A stretch of 64,000 nt of DNA from NCBI GenBank assembly GCA_022795155.1, contig JAAWGF010000004.1:1322-65321 (forward strand), read 5' to 3'. The notes beneath the pieces are model-generated. The model had not been told where the DNA came from, ran no database searches, and saw only the letters and a program-made list of their open reading frames with translations. This document shows, in pieces, positions 37,570-46,912 of the stretch. The stretch is from Bacilli bacterium (GTDB lineage: Bacteria > Bacillota_I > Bacilli_A > RF39 > UBA660). Position 1 is the stretch's first letter. The number at the start of each line of letters is the position of its first letter. A program made the translations under genes and the position numbers.

Positions 37570-39348
37570 ATGAAATTTATTTCAATAATTGTTGGTATTA
37601 TCTTTTTTGTAATGCTTATTAAGGGATCAGTTGAAAATGGTCCTTGGACTATCTTAGTTTTATCGTTCATTATCGCAAGTATGATAAAAGATAAAAAGAA
37701 AAAAAGACGAAAGAAGTCAAAAACAAAAAAAATGCCTAATAAACGAACTAATTCTATAGAAAAGATAAACAATATTAAATTTAAGGATATGGAATTAAAT
37801 CCTAGTGATTATAAAAATTCTTATACAGCAGAACCAATAAATCAAACGGAGCAATTTTTAAAGGATAAAAAAGTTTTAAGCCAAATAAGGCAAATGAAAA
37901 CTATGTCTATAAGTAACCTTAATACTACATCTACACAAGAAAAGGCGTCTAAACTATTTTATCTTCAAGGGACATTTGTTGACGATCTTACTGATAACTA
38001 TAATATAAATATTCCTTGCGAATTTCATACACCGACTTATAATTCGCTAAATATTTATCAATTAAGAAGCTACTTTTCATGGCGAACTTTTATAAGAGAA
38101 GGTGATTTTAGGCCAACCGAAATTAGCTATATATACTTGTATATTTATGAATTGCTTAATGGTATAGGGATAAATAATAGTATTGATGGTTTAAACAAAT
38201 TATTAGAAATTTGGCATTACTATAGAAAATATGCCTCAAAGATGGATTTATATTTACCTAATTGGCTTAAAGATTATTACATAATTAATGATATAAAGAT
38301 TCCTTATCAAGATTTAGAAGTTGAATATCCAATTAAACCGAAAAATGCTCAAGCATTAATTAATGAAATAATACTTGGCAATTATGAAAATAAATTAAAA
38401 TTTTATGATTGTGAATCTGAATACCATATCCTAAAAAGTAAAATAATGGAACATAAATATAGTTTTATTATTGAAATGGTTATTCCTACTATTTTTGCCA
38501 ATTTGGATAAGCATTTTAATATGTACGGTTATGCATTTAATGAAATTCTTTTTGGTAGTATTAAGCGAATTGATTGGGAGCCTTTTAAAGGCGCGATTTA
38601 TTATCATAATCCTACTATTAGAGACTTTAATGTTTCTTTAAATGAAAATGAAAAATATTTTAAAATTCAAAATAAATATTATAAAGAGATTTTCGTTAAA
38701 TCGTCATATTATAATTCGCTAATGGGATATATTTTGAAAAATATTGATATAACCCTTCGTGAATGCTTTAAGATGTCCAGAAATTTGAAAATAAATAATA
38801 ATATGCTCGATGATGTTTTTAAAAACGATAAAAAACTATATGAATTTTTAACAAATGGAAAAATTATCGATATCATAAATATAACAATAAAAAAATATTT
38901 AATTGAGAATAAAACAGAGATTAATAATATTATTACTGAACAAAGGAAAAAAAATATTATTATAGATTCGAATAAATTTAATAATATTAGAGAGTCATCA
39001 AACCGTGTTCAAGAAAAATTAATTATTGAAGAAGAGGGAGAAATAAAATCGATATTTAAAGAGCCCGAAGAAATTGTTAATGGATCAAATGATATTTTTG
39101 AAAATTTAATCGCTAGTTTAAATAAAGCTGAATTAGAATTCGTCAAAAAAATAGTTGCTTTAGATAATAGAGATAATTTAATTAATTATTGTAAAGAAAA
39201 TAATATACTATATGAAGTTATGCTTGAAAATATTAATAGTAAGGCTCTAGAAACGATTGGTGACAATTTAATTGAAGATTATGGTGATGAAATAATTATA
39301 TATGCTGAATATATCGAATCGGTAAGCCAAGAATTAGGAGGTAATTAA
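37570..39348 (+). CDS. membrane-anchored TerB_N / TerB_C domain protein (Shango SngA-like)
   Basis: Two N-terminal TM helices plus the polybasic tract KDKKKKRRKKSKTKK. TPTYNSLNIYQLRSYFSWRTFIREGDFRPTEISYIYLYIYELLNGIG fits the TerB_N core (YxxL..QL..Y..WR......SYvFLYiYEL.N). The C-terminus IIIDSNKFNNIRESSNRVQEKL ... ILYEVMLENINSKALETIGDNLIEDYGDEIII fits TerB_C. GGTGAGG RBS. Confidence 0.7.
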   Translation: MKFISIIVGIIFFVMLIKGSVENGPWTILVLSFIIASMIKDKKKKRRKKSKTKKMPNKRTNSIEKINNIKFKDMELNPSDYKNSYTAEPINQTEQFLKDKKVLSQIRQMKTMSISNLNTTSTQEKASKLFYLQGTFVDDLTDNYNINIPCEFHTPTYNSLNIYQLRSYFSWRTFIREGDFRPTEISYIYLYIYELLNGIGINNSIDGLNKLLEIWHYYRKYASKMDLYLPNWLKDYYIINDIKIPYQDLEVEYPIKPKNAQALINEIILGNYENKLKFYDCESEYHILKSKIMEHKYSFIIEMVIPTIFANLDKHFNMYGYAFNEILFGSIKRIDWEPFKGAIYYHNPTIRDFNVSLNENEKYFKIQNKYYKEIFVKSSYYNSLMGYILKNIDITLRECFKMSRNLKINNNMLDDVFKNDKKLYEFLTNGKIIDIINITIKKYLIENKTEINNIITEQRKKNIIIDSNKFNNIRESSNRVQEKLIIEEEGEIKSIFKEPEEIVNGSNDIFENLIASLNKAELEFVKKIVALDNRDNLINYCKENNILYEVMLENINSKALETIGDNLIEDYGDEIIIYAEYIESVSQELGGN

Positions 39349-39349
39349 A

Positions 39350-40672
39350 ATGGGAGAAGTTGTACCTAAAAGAATAGCAACCATGCTTATGAATGCTTTA
39401 AAAGGAGGCGTTGTGCCAAGAACGGGATTAGGATATATTGCGGTAGGACGTGAAAATGAAATTAACGCTTTATTAAATGATGTATCAATTATTGAAGATG
39501 GTGGAGCAACATTTCGTTTTGTTGTTGGTAAATATGGTAGTGGCAAAAGTTTTTTATTACAAACAATTAGATCACATGTTATGGAAAAAGGTTTTGTGGT
39601 TATTGACGCTGACCTTTCACCAGATCGCCGATTAGTTGGAAATAAAGGTCAAGGTTTGGCAACCTACCAGGAATTAATTCAAAATATGTCGACAAAGACA
39701 CGACCTGATGGCGGTGCTTTACCACTTATCTTAGAGCGTTGGATAGCTAGTGTTCAAAATGAGGTTTTAGAGGAATATCATATTACACCAAGTGATATTA
39801 AATTTAGTAGTTTGATGGAAACAAAAATATATGAAAAAACTAGTTGTATTGATGGTTTGGTTCATGGGTTTGAATTTGCTAAGGTCATAAATATTTATTT
39901 TAGCGGTTATTTAGATTCTAATGATGAACAGAAAAATAGAGCTTTAAAATGGCTTAGGGGAGAATATAATAATAAAACTGAAGCTAAAAATGAACTAGGC
40001 ATTAATCTAATTATATCTGATGAAGATTGGTATGAATATATTAAAATATTTGCACAGTTTATGGTTATGGCTGGATATAAGGGTATGATGTTATTAATTG
40101 ATGAATTAGTTAATATCTATAAAATCCCTAATCAAATAGCTAGACAGTATAATTATGAAAAAATTTTAACTTTATATAATGATACTTTACAAGGTAAGGC
40201 TAAATATTTGGGGATTATTATGAGTGGTACTATTCAATGTGTTGAAGATACTAAAAGAGGAATTTTTAGTTATGAGGCTTTAAAGTCTCGTTTAGAGGAT
40301 AGTCGTTTTGCCAATAATTCATGCCGTGATTTTTTGGCTCCAATTATTAGATTAGAAGCCCTAACACCTGAAGAGATGACTATCTTGGTAGAAAAATTAA
40401 CTAATATTCATTGTGATTTATATAATTATCAAACTTCTATTACGGAACAGGATATGATAGAATTTATTAAAGCGGAATATGCGAGAATTGGTGCTGATAG
40501 CCATATTACACCAAGAGAAGTAATTAGAGATTATATAGAGTTATTAAATACTTTGTATCAATATCCTGATAAAAAACTATTAGAAATTATCAATGGTGAA
40601 GATTTTAAATATTCTATTTCTACAACTAATGATGAAGAGATTAACATGGAATTTGCGGATTTTGAATTATGA
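39350..40672 (+). CDS. DUF2791 (BrxC/BrxD-type) P-loop ATPase (Shango SngB-like)
   Basis: RTGLGYIAVGRENEI...FRFVVGKYGSGKSFLLQ (Walker A), GMMLLIDELVNIY (Walker B). It starts 1 nt after the upstream stop with GGAGG in the upstream gene's end. Confidence 0.7.
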   Translation: MGEVVPKRIATMLMNALKGGVVPRTGLGYIAVGRENEINALLNDVSIIEDGGATFRFVVGKYGSGKSFLLQTIRSHVMEKGFVVIDADLSPDRRLVGNKGQGLATYQELIQNMSTKTRPDGGALPLILERWIASVQNEVLEEYHITPSDIKFSSLMETKIYEKTSCIDGLVHGFEFAKVINIYFSGYLDSNDEQKNRALKWLRGEYNNKTEAKNELGINLIISDEDWYEYIKIFAQFMVMAGYKGMMLLIDELVNIYKIPNQIARQYNYEKILTLYNDTLQGKAKYLGIIMSGTIQCVEDTKRGIFSYEALKSRLEDSRFANNSCRDFLAPIIRLEALTPEEMTILVEKLTNIHCDLYNYQTSITEQDMIEFIKAEYARIGADSHITPREVIRDYIELLNTLYQYPDKKLLEIINGEDFKYSISTTNDEEINMEFADFEL

Positions 40673-42801
40673 AAACTAATACTTTTTCTAAGTTAGCGCC
40701 ATTCATTCAAGATTATATTTATAAAAATAATTGGACTGATTTAAGAGATATCCAAGTTGCTAGCTGTGATGTTATCTTTAATAGTGATGCCAATTTATTA
40801 TTAACTTCATCAACGGCGTCTGGAAAAACAGAGGCAGCCTTTTTGCCCGTCCTTACCGATATATATAATAATCCAGCAAAGTCTGTTAGCATTTTATATA
40901 TTAGTCCTTTAAAAGCTTTAATTAACGATCAATTTACCAGACTAAAAGATCTTTTAGAAGAAGCAGAATTATCTGTTACTAAATGGCATGGAGATTCTAG
41001 TCAAAATAAAAAAGATAAAATTCTTATTAATCCCAATGGTATCATTCAAATAACACCTGAATCATTAGAAGCATTAATTATGAATAAACCAAATGATGTA
41101 TATACAATTTTTAATGATTTAAGATATATTATAATTGATGAAGTTCATTACTTTATTGGAACTGAACGTGGTATTCAGTTGGAATCATGTCTTACCAGAT
41201 TATCAAGAATTATAAATAAGATTCCAAGAAGAGTTGGGCTTTCTGCTACGCTTGGTGACTATAAAGAGGTCGAAAAATGGCTAAATAGTGGAACAAATCG
41301 TGAATGTATAACCCCAATTGTGGCTAGTGGTAAGCGAACTATTAGTTTAGCAATTGAAAGTTTTGATGATAAAGCAGACTTTTATAATTCATTATATACA
41401 TCATCATTAAACCAAAAATGCATAATTTTTTCCAATTCTCGATCTAATGTTGAAGAAAATATTTCTTCATTAAAAGAAATAGCCAAAGAAAAAAAGACCG
41501 ATGACATCTATTATACACATCATGGAAGCGTTAATACCTCTCTAAGGGAACAAACAGAAGATTTAATGAAAAATACGGATAAAAAAATTGTTACTGGTGC
41601 TACACTAACTTTAGAACTAGGTATTGATTTAGGAAATTTAGATAGAATTATTCAGACTTCGACGCCATTTAGTGTTTCTAGTTTTGTTCAAAGGTTGGGG
41701 CGGACTGGAAGACGTGGCAATAAAGCAATTATGCAGTTTTTATTTGATAAAAGTGAAAAAGAAAAAAGTGAAAATTTTTATGAGAATATTGATTTTGATA
41801 TTATTATGTGTATTGCTATTATTGAAATATATTTAAAAGAAAAATGGGTTGAACCAATGCTTATTCCTAAATATCCATATGAAATCTTGTATCATCAAAC
41901 ATTGAGTTATATAACATCAATCCAAAGTATTCAACCCAAAAAATTAGCTGAGTATATGCTTACTATTGATATATTTAAAGATATTACTAAAGAAGATTAT
42001 AAAATGCTTTTAAATCATTTATTAGAAATAGGGCATTTAGCTCTTACAGATTCTCAGGAGCTAATAATTGGTAGTGATATTGATAAAATGATTAATAATT
42101 ATAAATTTTTTTCAGTATTTCAAAATAAGTTAGAATATATTGTTTATGGTGATTCAAAACAAATAGGAACAATTACTGAAAGTATAAAAGTTGGCGAAAA
42201 ATTAAAATTAGCTGGTCGAACTTGGGAAGTAACAAGTATTGATAATGATAAATTTAAAATATATACTAAATTAAGTAGCGGTACTTCTAATAATATTTGG
42301 AAATCAGATGCTGAAACTAATATTGATTTTAAAATAATTCATAAAATATATGAAATATTAAATGGTAATGAAGAATATATCTATTTGCAAGATAATGTAA
42401 AGTCATTATTAAAAACTAATCGTGAAATTTTTAGTAAAAATAAGTTAAATAATAAAATGCTAGTTTCTTGTGGTGATGATAAAATTATTTTTCCATGGCT
42501 TGGGACAAAATCTTTACTGACATTATCATATATTTTAAAGAGTGAAGGTATTAATAATAATATTTTAAAATGTAATGGGATACCTATAGGTTTAAAAATA
42601 GACAATTTAATAACAGAGATTTGGTTAAAAAAGATTGTCGAGAAAATATTAAATAATAAAATTACAATTGATGAAATTAAACTAAATGATTTTAATATAA
42701 ATAAAAAATATAGTGAATTTATTCCTGATGAACTAAAAGAAAAGGAATTTAGATATGACTATCTAGATTTAGAAAAATTAAAAGAAGAAATAAATCTTTA
42801 A
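40669..42801 (+). CDS. Lhr-like DEAD/DEAH-box SF2 helicase (Shango SngC-like)
   Basis: DLRDIQ (Q-motif), SSTASGKTEAAFLP (I), YISPLKALINDQ (Ia), IIDEVHYF (II), GLSATLG (III), QRLGRTGRRG (VI), and a C-terminal extension of about 300 aa. ATGA start/stop overlap with the ATPase gene. Confidence 0.8.
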   Translation: MKTNTFSKLAPFIQDYIYKNNWTDLRDIQVASCDVIFNSDANLLLTSSTASGKTEAAFLPVLTDIYNNPAKSVSILYISPLKALINDQFTRLKDLLEEAELSVTKWHGDSSQNKKDKILINPNGIIQITPESLEALIMNKPNDVYTIFNDLRYIIIDEVHYFIGTERGIQLESCLTRLSRIINKIPRRVGLSATLGDYKEVEKWLNSGTNRECITPIVASGKRTISLAIESFDDKADFYNSLYTSSLNQKCIIFSNSRSNVEENISSLKEIAKEKKTDDIYYTHHGSVNTSLREQTEDLMKNTDKKIVTGATLTLELGIDLGNLDRIIQTSTPFSVSSFVQRLGRTGRRGNKAIMQFLFDKSEKEKSENFYENIDFDIIMCIAIIEIYLKEKWVEPMLIPKYPYEILYHQTLSYITSIQSIQPKKLAEYMLTIDIFKDITKEDYKMLLNHLLEIGHLALTDSQELIIGSDIDKMINNYKFFSVFQNKLEYIVYGDSKQIGTITESIKVGEKLKLAGRTWEVTSIDNDKFKIYTKLSSGTSNNIWKSDAETNIDFKIIHKIYEILNGNEEYIYLQDNVKSLLKTNREIFSKNKLNNKMLVSCGDDKIIFPWLGTKSLLTLSYILKSEGINNNILKCNGIPIGLKIDNLITEIWLKKIVEKILNNKITIDEIKLNDFNINKKYSEFIPDELKEKEFRYDYLDLEKLKEEINL

Positions 42802-42934
42802 GGCAACTTAAAGATTTAATTATTATTGAAAAGATATATGTTTAATAGTGTAAAATGCATTAATATTTGAAGTAAAACCATTGATATAAAATATTTTTAA
42901 TGATAAAATATAGCGAGTTAGAAGTGGTGAATTT

Positions 42935-44872
42935 ATGATGTATATTCCAAAAATTGTTGGCCCATGTAACGGTTCAAAAAAAGCCATAGATATAATATAC
43001 AATTTATATGAACGTGAAAGAAAGAAAAAAAATCCTAAACGAATTGTTATATATAAAGAAATTCTTCATAATAAAAATATAATCGAAGATCTAAAAAATA
43101 AAAAGATAGAATGCATTAATTCATTACAAGAAATAGATAAAAATACTATTGTCATAATACGGGCTCATGGTGAAAGTGAGGATATATATAATTATTTAAA
43201 AGAAAATGTGATTGAGTATTATGATGCCACTTGTGTTAATGTTTTACAAACACATGATATTATCTGCCAAAAATATTACCAAAACTATGATATTGTTATA
43301 ATTGGCGAAAAGTTAAAAGATGGTGGCTATCATCTAGAAGTCATGGGTTCAAACGGCTGGTGTCAATATAATGCCAAAATAATTTCTAATTTATTTGAAG
43401 TTGACAATTTGGATATTGTCAAAAATGATATCTTAGTTGTTTGTCAAACAACATTTAATGAAAATGATGCATTATTAATTGCAGACAAAATAAAGAAAAT
43501 ATATCATAAAAAAAATATTGAATTTATTAATACAACTTGTAAAGGACCCAAATTAATTCAAAAATATGCTTTAGAAATTGCCAAAAAATGTGACTACATG
43601 GTTATAATTGGTGGCAAAAATAGTCATAATACAAATGAATTATATAAGCTTTGTAATGAGGTAACACCGAGTATTAAAATATTCAATTTGGGCGAGTTAT
43701 ATGAATGGCTAAATAAAACCGATATTAATGAATCTACCAATATTGGAATAACAGGTGGGGCTTCTGTACAAGAGAAAGAAATTCAAGAATGTAGGCAACT
43801 CATAGAATTTTATCTTTTTTATAAAAAGGAAAAAGCTATTATAGAAAAATATATTAATGACTATAATAAAAAATTTTTAGATAAAAAAGATAATTCAATA
43901 GTCCAGGACGCAATAAAAAAATTTATTAAGGTCAATACATCAGGCAAATATTTGCGTTCCATTTTATTAAGTTTAGGATATAAAATTGCAAGTGGCCAAA
44001 ATGATGATTTTTATATTCCATTAGCAATGGCATGCGAAACTTTTCAAACATCGATTTTAATTCATGATGATATTATTGATAACGCTACTAAAAGACGTGG
44101 TATGGATACTATTCCCACAGTCTACAAACATCAGTTTAAAAGTAAAAATGGTAAGAAAAGTAATATTGTTGCAAATTCACTTGGCATTTGTATTGGTGAT
44201 TTAGGATTATATTTAGCTAATGATATTATTTTAAAGAATTATCAACATAATGCCAATTTATGTAAAATATTAGAATACTATAATAAAGTAATTGTTAATA
44301 CCATCAAAGGAGAAATTATTGATGTAAAATTACCTTATAATCTACAATATGAAAAGGTTAAGACTTGCAAAGAATCGGATATAATGGAAATGTATTATTT
44401 AAAAACAGCTTGGTATACAACAATTGGCCCCTTTTGTTTAGGATGCCTATTAGCTGATAATAATAGAATAGAAATAGACGAATATGAGATTATATTTAAA
44501 AACTTGGGGGTTGCTTTTCAAATAAAAGATGATATAATTGGTATTTATGGTGACTCAAATTATATAGGGAAACCGACTAATTCAGATATCAGTGAATTCA
44601 AGCAAACAATCCTTTATTCTTATGTTTATAATCATAAAGGAAAATATTTGAAAAATTTACATAAGTTTTATGGCAAAGCCAATGTCACAGAAAGTGATGT
44701 TGAGGAGGTCAAAAAAATTTTTATTGAATCTGGTGCTTTAGAATATGCTAGAGAAAAAATGGATAATTTATTTGATGAAAGTATTAAGCAAATAAAAAAG
44801 TTTAATAATTTAGGTAAATATCAAAATATTCTTTTAGGATTGATTAATTATCTTAGAATTAGACAAAAATAA
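42935..44872 (+). CDS. ispH: fusion protein: IspH (HMBPP reductase) domain + trans-polyprenyl diphosphate synthase domain
   Basis: N-terminal half: three IspH cluster cysteines in context (VGPCNGS, YDATCVNV, NTTCKGP), plus ILHN, RAHGES, YHLEVMG, VCQTT, GGKNSHNTNEL. C-terminal half: FARM LIHDDIIDNATKRRG and SARM FQIKDDIIGIYGD. It is a single uninterrupted 645-codon ORF. Confidence 0.75.
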   Translation: MMYIPKIVGPCNGSKKAIDIIYNLYERERKKKNPKRIVIYKEILHNKNIIEDLKNKKIECINSLQEIDKNTIVIIRAHGESEDIYNYLKENVIEYYDATCVNVLQTHDIICQKYYQNYDIVIIGEKLKDGGYHLEVMGSNGWCQYNAKIISNLFEVDNLDIVKNDILVVCQTTFNENDALLIADKIKKIYHKKNIEFINTTCKGPKLIQKYALEIAKKCDYMVIIGGKNSHNTNELYKLCNEVTPSIKIFNLGELYEWLNKTDINESTNIGITGGASVQEKEIQECRQLIEFYLFYKKEKAIIEKYINDYNKKFLDKKDNSIVQDAIKKFIKVNTSGKYLRSILLSLGYKIASGQNDDFYIPLAMACETFQTSILIHDDIIDNATKRRGMDTIPTVYKHQFKSKNGKKSNIVANSLGICIGDLGLYLANDIILKNYQHNANLCKILEYYNKVIVNTIKGEIIDVKLPYNLQYEKVKTCKESDIMEMYYLKTAWYTTIGPFCLGCLLADNNRIEIDEYEIIFKNLGVAFQIKDDIIGIYGDSNYIGKPTNSDISEFKQTILYSYVYNHKGKYLKNLHKFYGKANVTESDVEEVKKIFIESGALEYAREKMDNLFDESIKQIKKFNNLGKYQNILLGLINYLRIRQK

Positions 44873-44888
44873 ATAAGGAAGTGTATTT

Positions 44889-45923
44889 ATGGGAAAAAAG
44901 CGTAAAAAAAATAATTATAATCAAAATAATTGCAATTATAATCAAAAAAAGGAAATATCATCACCAAAAAAAGATATATCTTTAAAGCAAAATTTTACTT
45001 CAAATGATGTTGAAATACAGAAAAATTTGCAACAGAAAAATCCAAATAAGAATTTGGATAAACAATTTAAAAACAGCGAAAAAAGTGCGATAGAATTATC
45101 TAAAAATACTACTTTAGATAATAAATTAATTTTAGAAGAAAATAAAAAAAATGATATTGAGAAAATTTTTGATGTAAATAAAAATAAGACGATTGCCAAA
45201 AAAACAAATGGTAGTATAGGTTTAATAATTTTTTTGATATTAGTTATTATATGTCTAATTGCTATACTATTAATTAATATGAATAACCCTAAGCAAGGTG
45301 ATTGCCAAATTGATGAATGCCCTATTGAAAATAATAATCCAAAAGATGATGATAAAAATAATAATTCTAAAGAAGAAACATATTTATTTTTAGGAGATTC
45401 TATTTTCTATCAATATAATACTGGTGATTATTTTAGAGATTACAATACTATTAATACTGGTGTAAATGGCATAACTGCTTTAAAAACTTTAGAAAGATTA
45501 GAAGAAAGTGTGTATCAATATAATCCAACGACTATTTTTATTTTGTTAGGTACTAATGATTTATATTATGATTATACACCAGAAGAGACATTTGAACATT
45601 TAAAACAATTAATAGATAAAATCCATTTAGATAAACCAGAAATTACTATCAATGTTCTTTCAATTCTCCCAATTAATAAATCAGATAATCCTAAGGTTTC
45701 AAAAGAGGCTAATGGTAATAAGACCAACGAACAAATTAATCAAGTTAATGATAATTTATATAAATATTGTAAAGACAATAAATTAAATTATATTAATGTT
45801 CACGATTTATTACTCGATAGTAATAATGAATTAAATTTGGCTTATTCCTATGAAGGTTTACATATAACAGAATTAGGTTATCATCATATTACAATGGAAC
45901 TATTGAAATATATGCAAAAATAG
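44889..45923 (+). CDS. membrane-anchored SGNH/GDSL hydrolase
   Basis: K/N-rich N-terminus, one TM helix (GLIIFLILVIICLIAILLI), block I FLGDSIF, GTNDL, and a C-terminal GLHITELGYHHI (His block). Confidence 0.75.
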   Translation: MGKKRKKNNYNQNNCNYNQKKEISSPKKDISLKQNFTSNDVEIQKNLQQKNPNKNLDKQFKNSEKSAIELSKNTTLDNKLILEENKKNDIEKIFDVNKNKTIAKKTNGSIGLIIFLILVIICLIAILLINMNNPKQGDCQIDECPIENNNPKDDDKNNNSKEETYLFLGDSIFYQYNTGDYFRDYNTINTGVNGITALKTLERLEESVYQYNPTTIFILLGTNDLYYDYTPEETFEHLKQLIDKIHLDKPEITINVLSILPINKSDNPKVSKEANGNKTNEQINQVNDNLYKYCKDNKLNYINVHDLLLDSNNELNLAYSYEGLHITELGYHHITMELLKYMQK

Positions 45924-45957
45924 GCTAAAATAATAGTAATTAAAAAATGGAGGATAT

Positions 45958-46911
45958 ATGAAAAAAATATTAAAGAATTTGTCCCTAATTGTTATCGTTT
46001 TAACCTTGTTTTTAGCTGGTTGTCAAAAGAAAGAAGTCGTGAAGGACGATAAAACAAATGTTGAAAATACAACACCACTTTTTTATAGAATAAGTAAAGA
46101 AGACTCTGATATTAATATTTATTTACTTGGTTCAATTCATGCAGCTGATAAGGGTATTTATCCCTTGAATGATACTATAATGTCTTCATACAATAAAAGT
46201 GACTATTTAGCTGTTGAAGTTGATACAGTTGCTTTAACAAGTGATTTTGATTTGCAAGTTTCACTAGCTCAGAAAATGCTTTATACAGATGGAACTACAA
46301 TAAAAGATCATATTGGAGAAGAATTGTATACCAAAATGGTTGCTAAATTAAAAGAAAAAGGCTCATACAATTCTATGTATGATAATTATAAGCCAGCTTT
46401 TTTTGAGTCATTATTTGAAAACGCAATTATTGTTGATGCTGATATGGATGCTAATGCAGGAATCGATATGCATTTTTTGAAACTTGCTAAAAAAGAAAAT
46501 AAAAATATCCTTGAAATTGAAACAGCTGCATCTCAATATGATTTACTATTAAATAATCCTATTGAATTAGACAAAATGATGCTTGAAGGCTATGTTGAAA
46601 GTTATGATGAAAGCATTTCAGAGATGAAGGATTTATATAATGCATGGAAAAAAGGGGATGCAAACGAATTAGAACAAAAATTAATGCCTACATCTAGTGA
46701 AGGTTTATCACAAACGGAAATAGAGATGATAGAAAATTACAATAATACTTTAATCAATAAGCGAAATTATATTATGACTGATGCTCTAGAAAAATATTAT
46801 GCTGAAGAAAAAAATGTATTTTGTGTTGTTGGTGTAGGTCATGTTGTTGGTGACCAAGGAATTATATTCTTAATGGAACAAAGAGGATATAATGTCGAGA
46901 AGTTAAACTAA
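45958..46911 (+). CDS. TraB/GumN family lipoprotein
   Basis: Lipobox LFLAGC. IYLLGSIHAADKGIYPL and the C-terminal VVGVGHVVG are TraB/GumN signatures. Confidence 0.7.
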   Translation: MKKILKNLSLIVIVLTLFLAGCQKKEVVKDDKTNVENTTPLFYRISKEDSDINIYLLGSIHAADKGIYPLNDTIMSSYNKSDYLAVEVDTVALTSDFDLQVSLAQKMLYTDGTTIKDHIGEELYTKMVAKLKEKGSYNSMYDNYKPAFFESLFENAIIVDADMDANAGIDMHFLKLAKKENKNILEIETAASQYDLLLNNPIELDKMMLEGYVESYDESISEMKDLYNAWKKGDANELEQKLMPTSSEGLSQTEIEMIENYNNTLINKRNYIMTDALEKYYAEEKNVFCVVGVGHVVGDQGIIFLMEQRGYNVEKLN

Positions 46912-46912
46912 T

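Noticed and set aside
28052-42934. tRNA-Ala-adjacent accessory region as a discrete integrated element (prophage/ICE/genomic island with att sites)
   Set aside because: No integrase, recombinase, relaxase or phage structural gene lies in the interval. By eye I could not find a direct repeat of the tRNA-Ala 3' end downstream. The region may still be an old, eroded island, but that is not demonstrable from this window.
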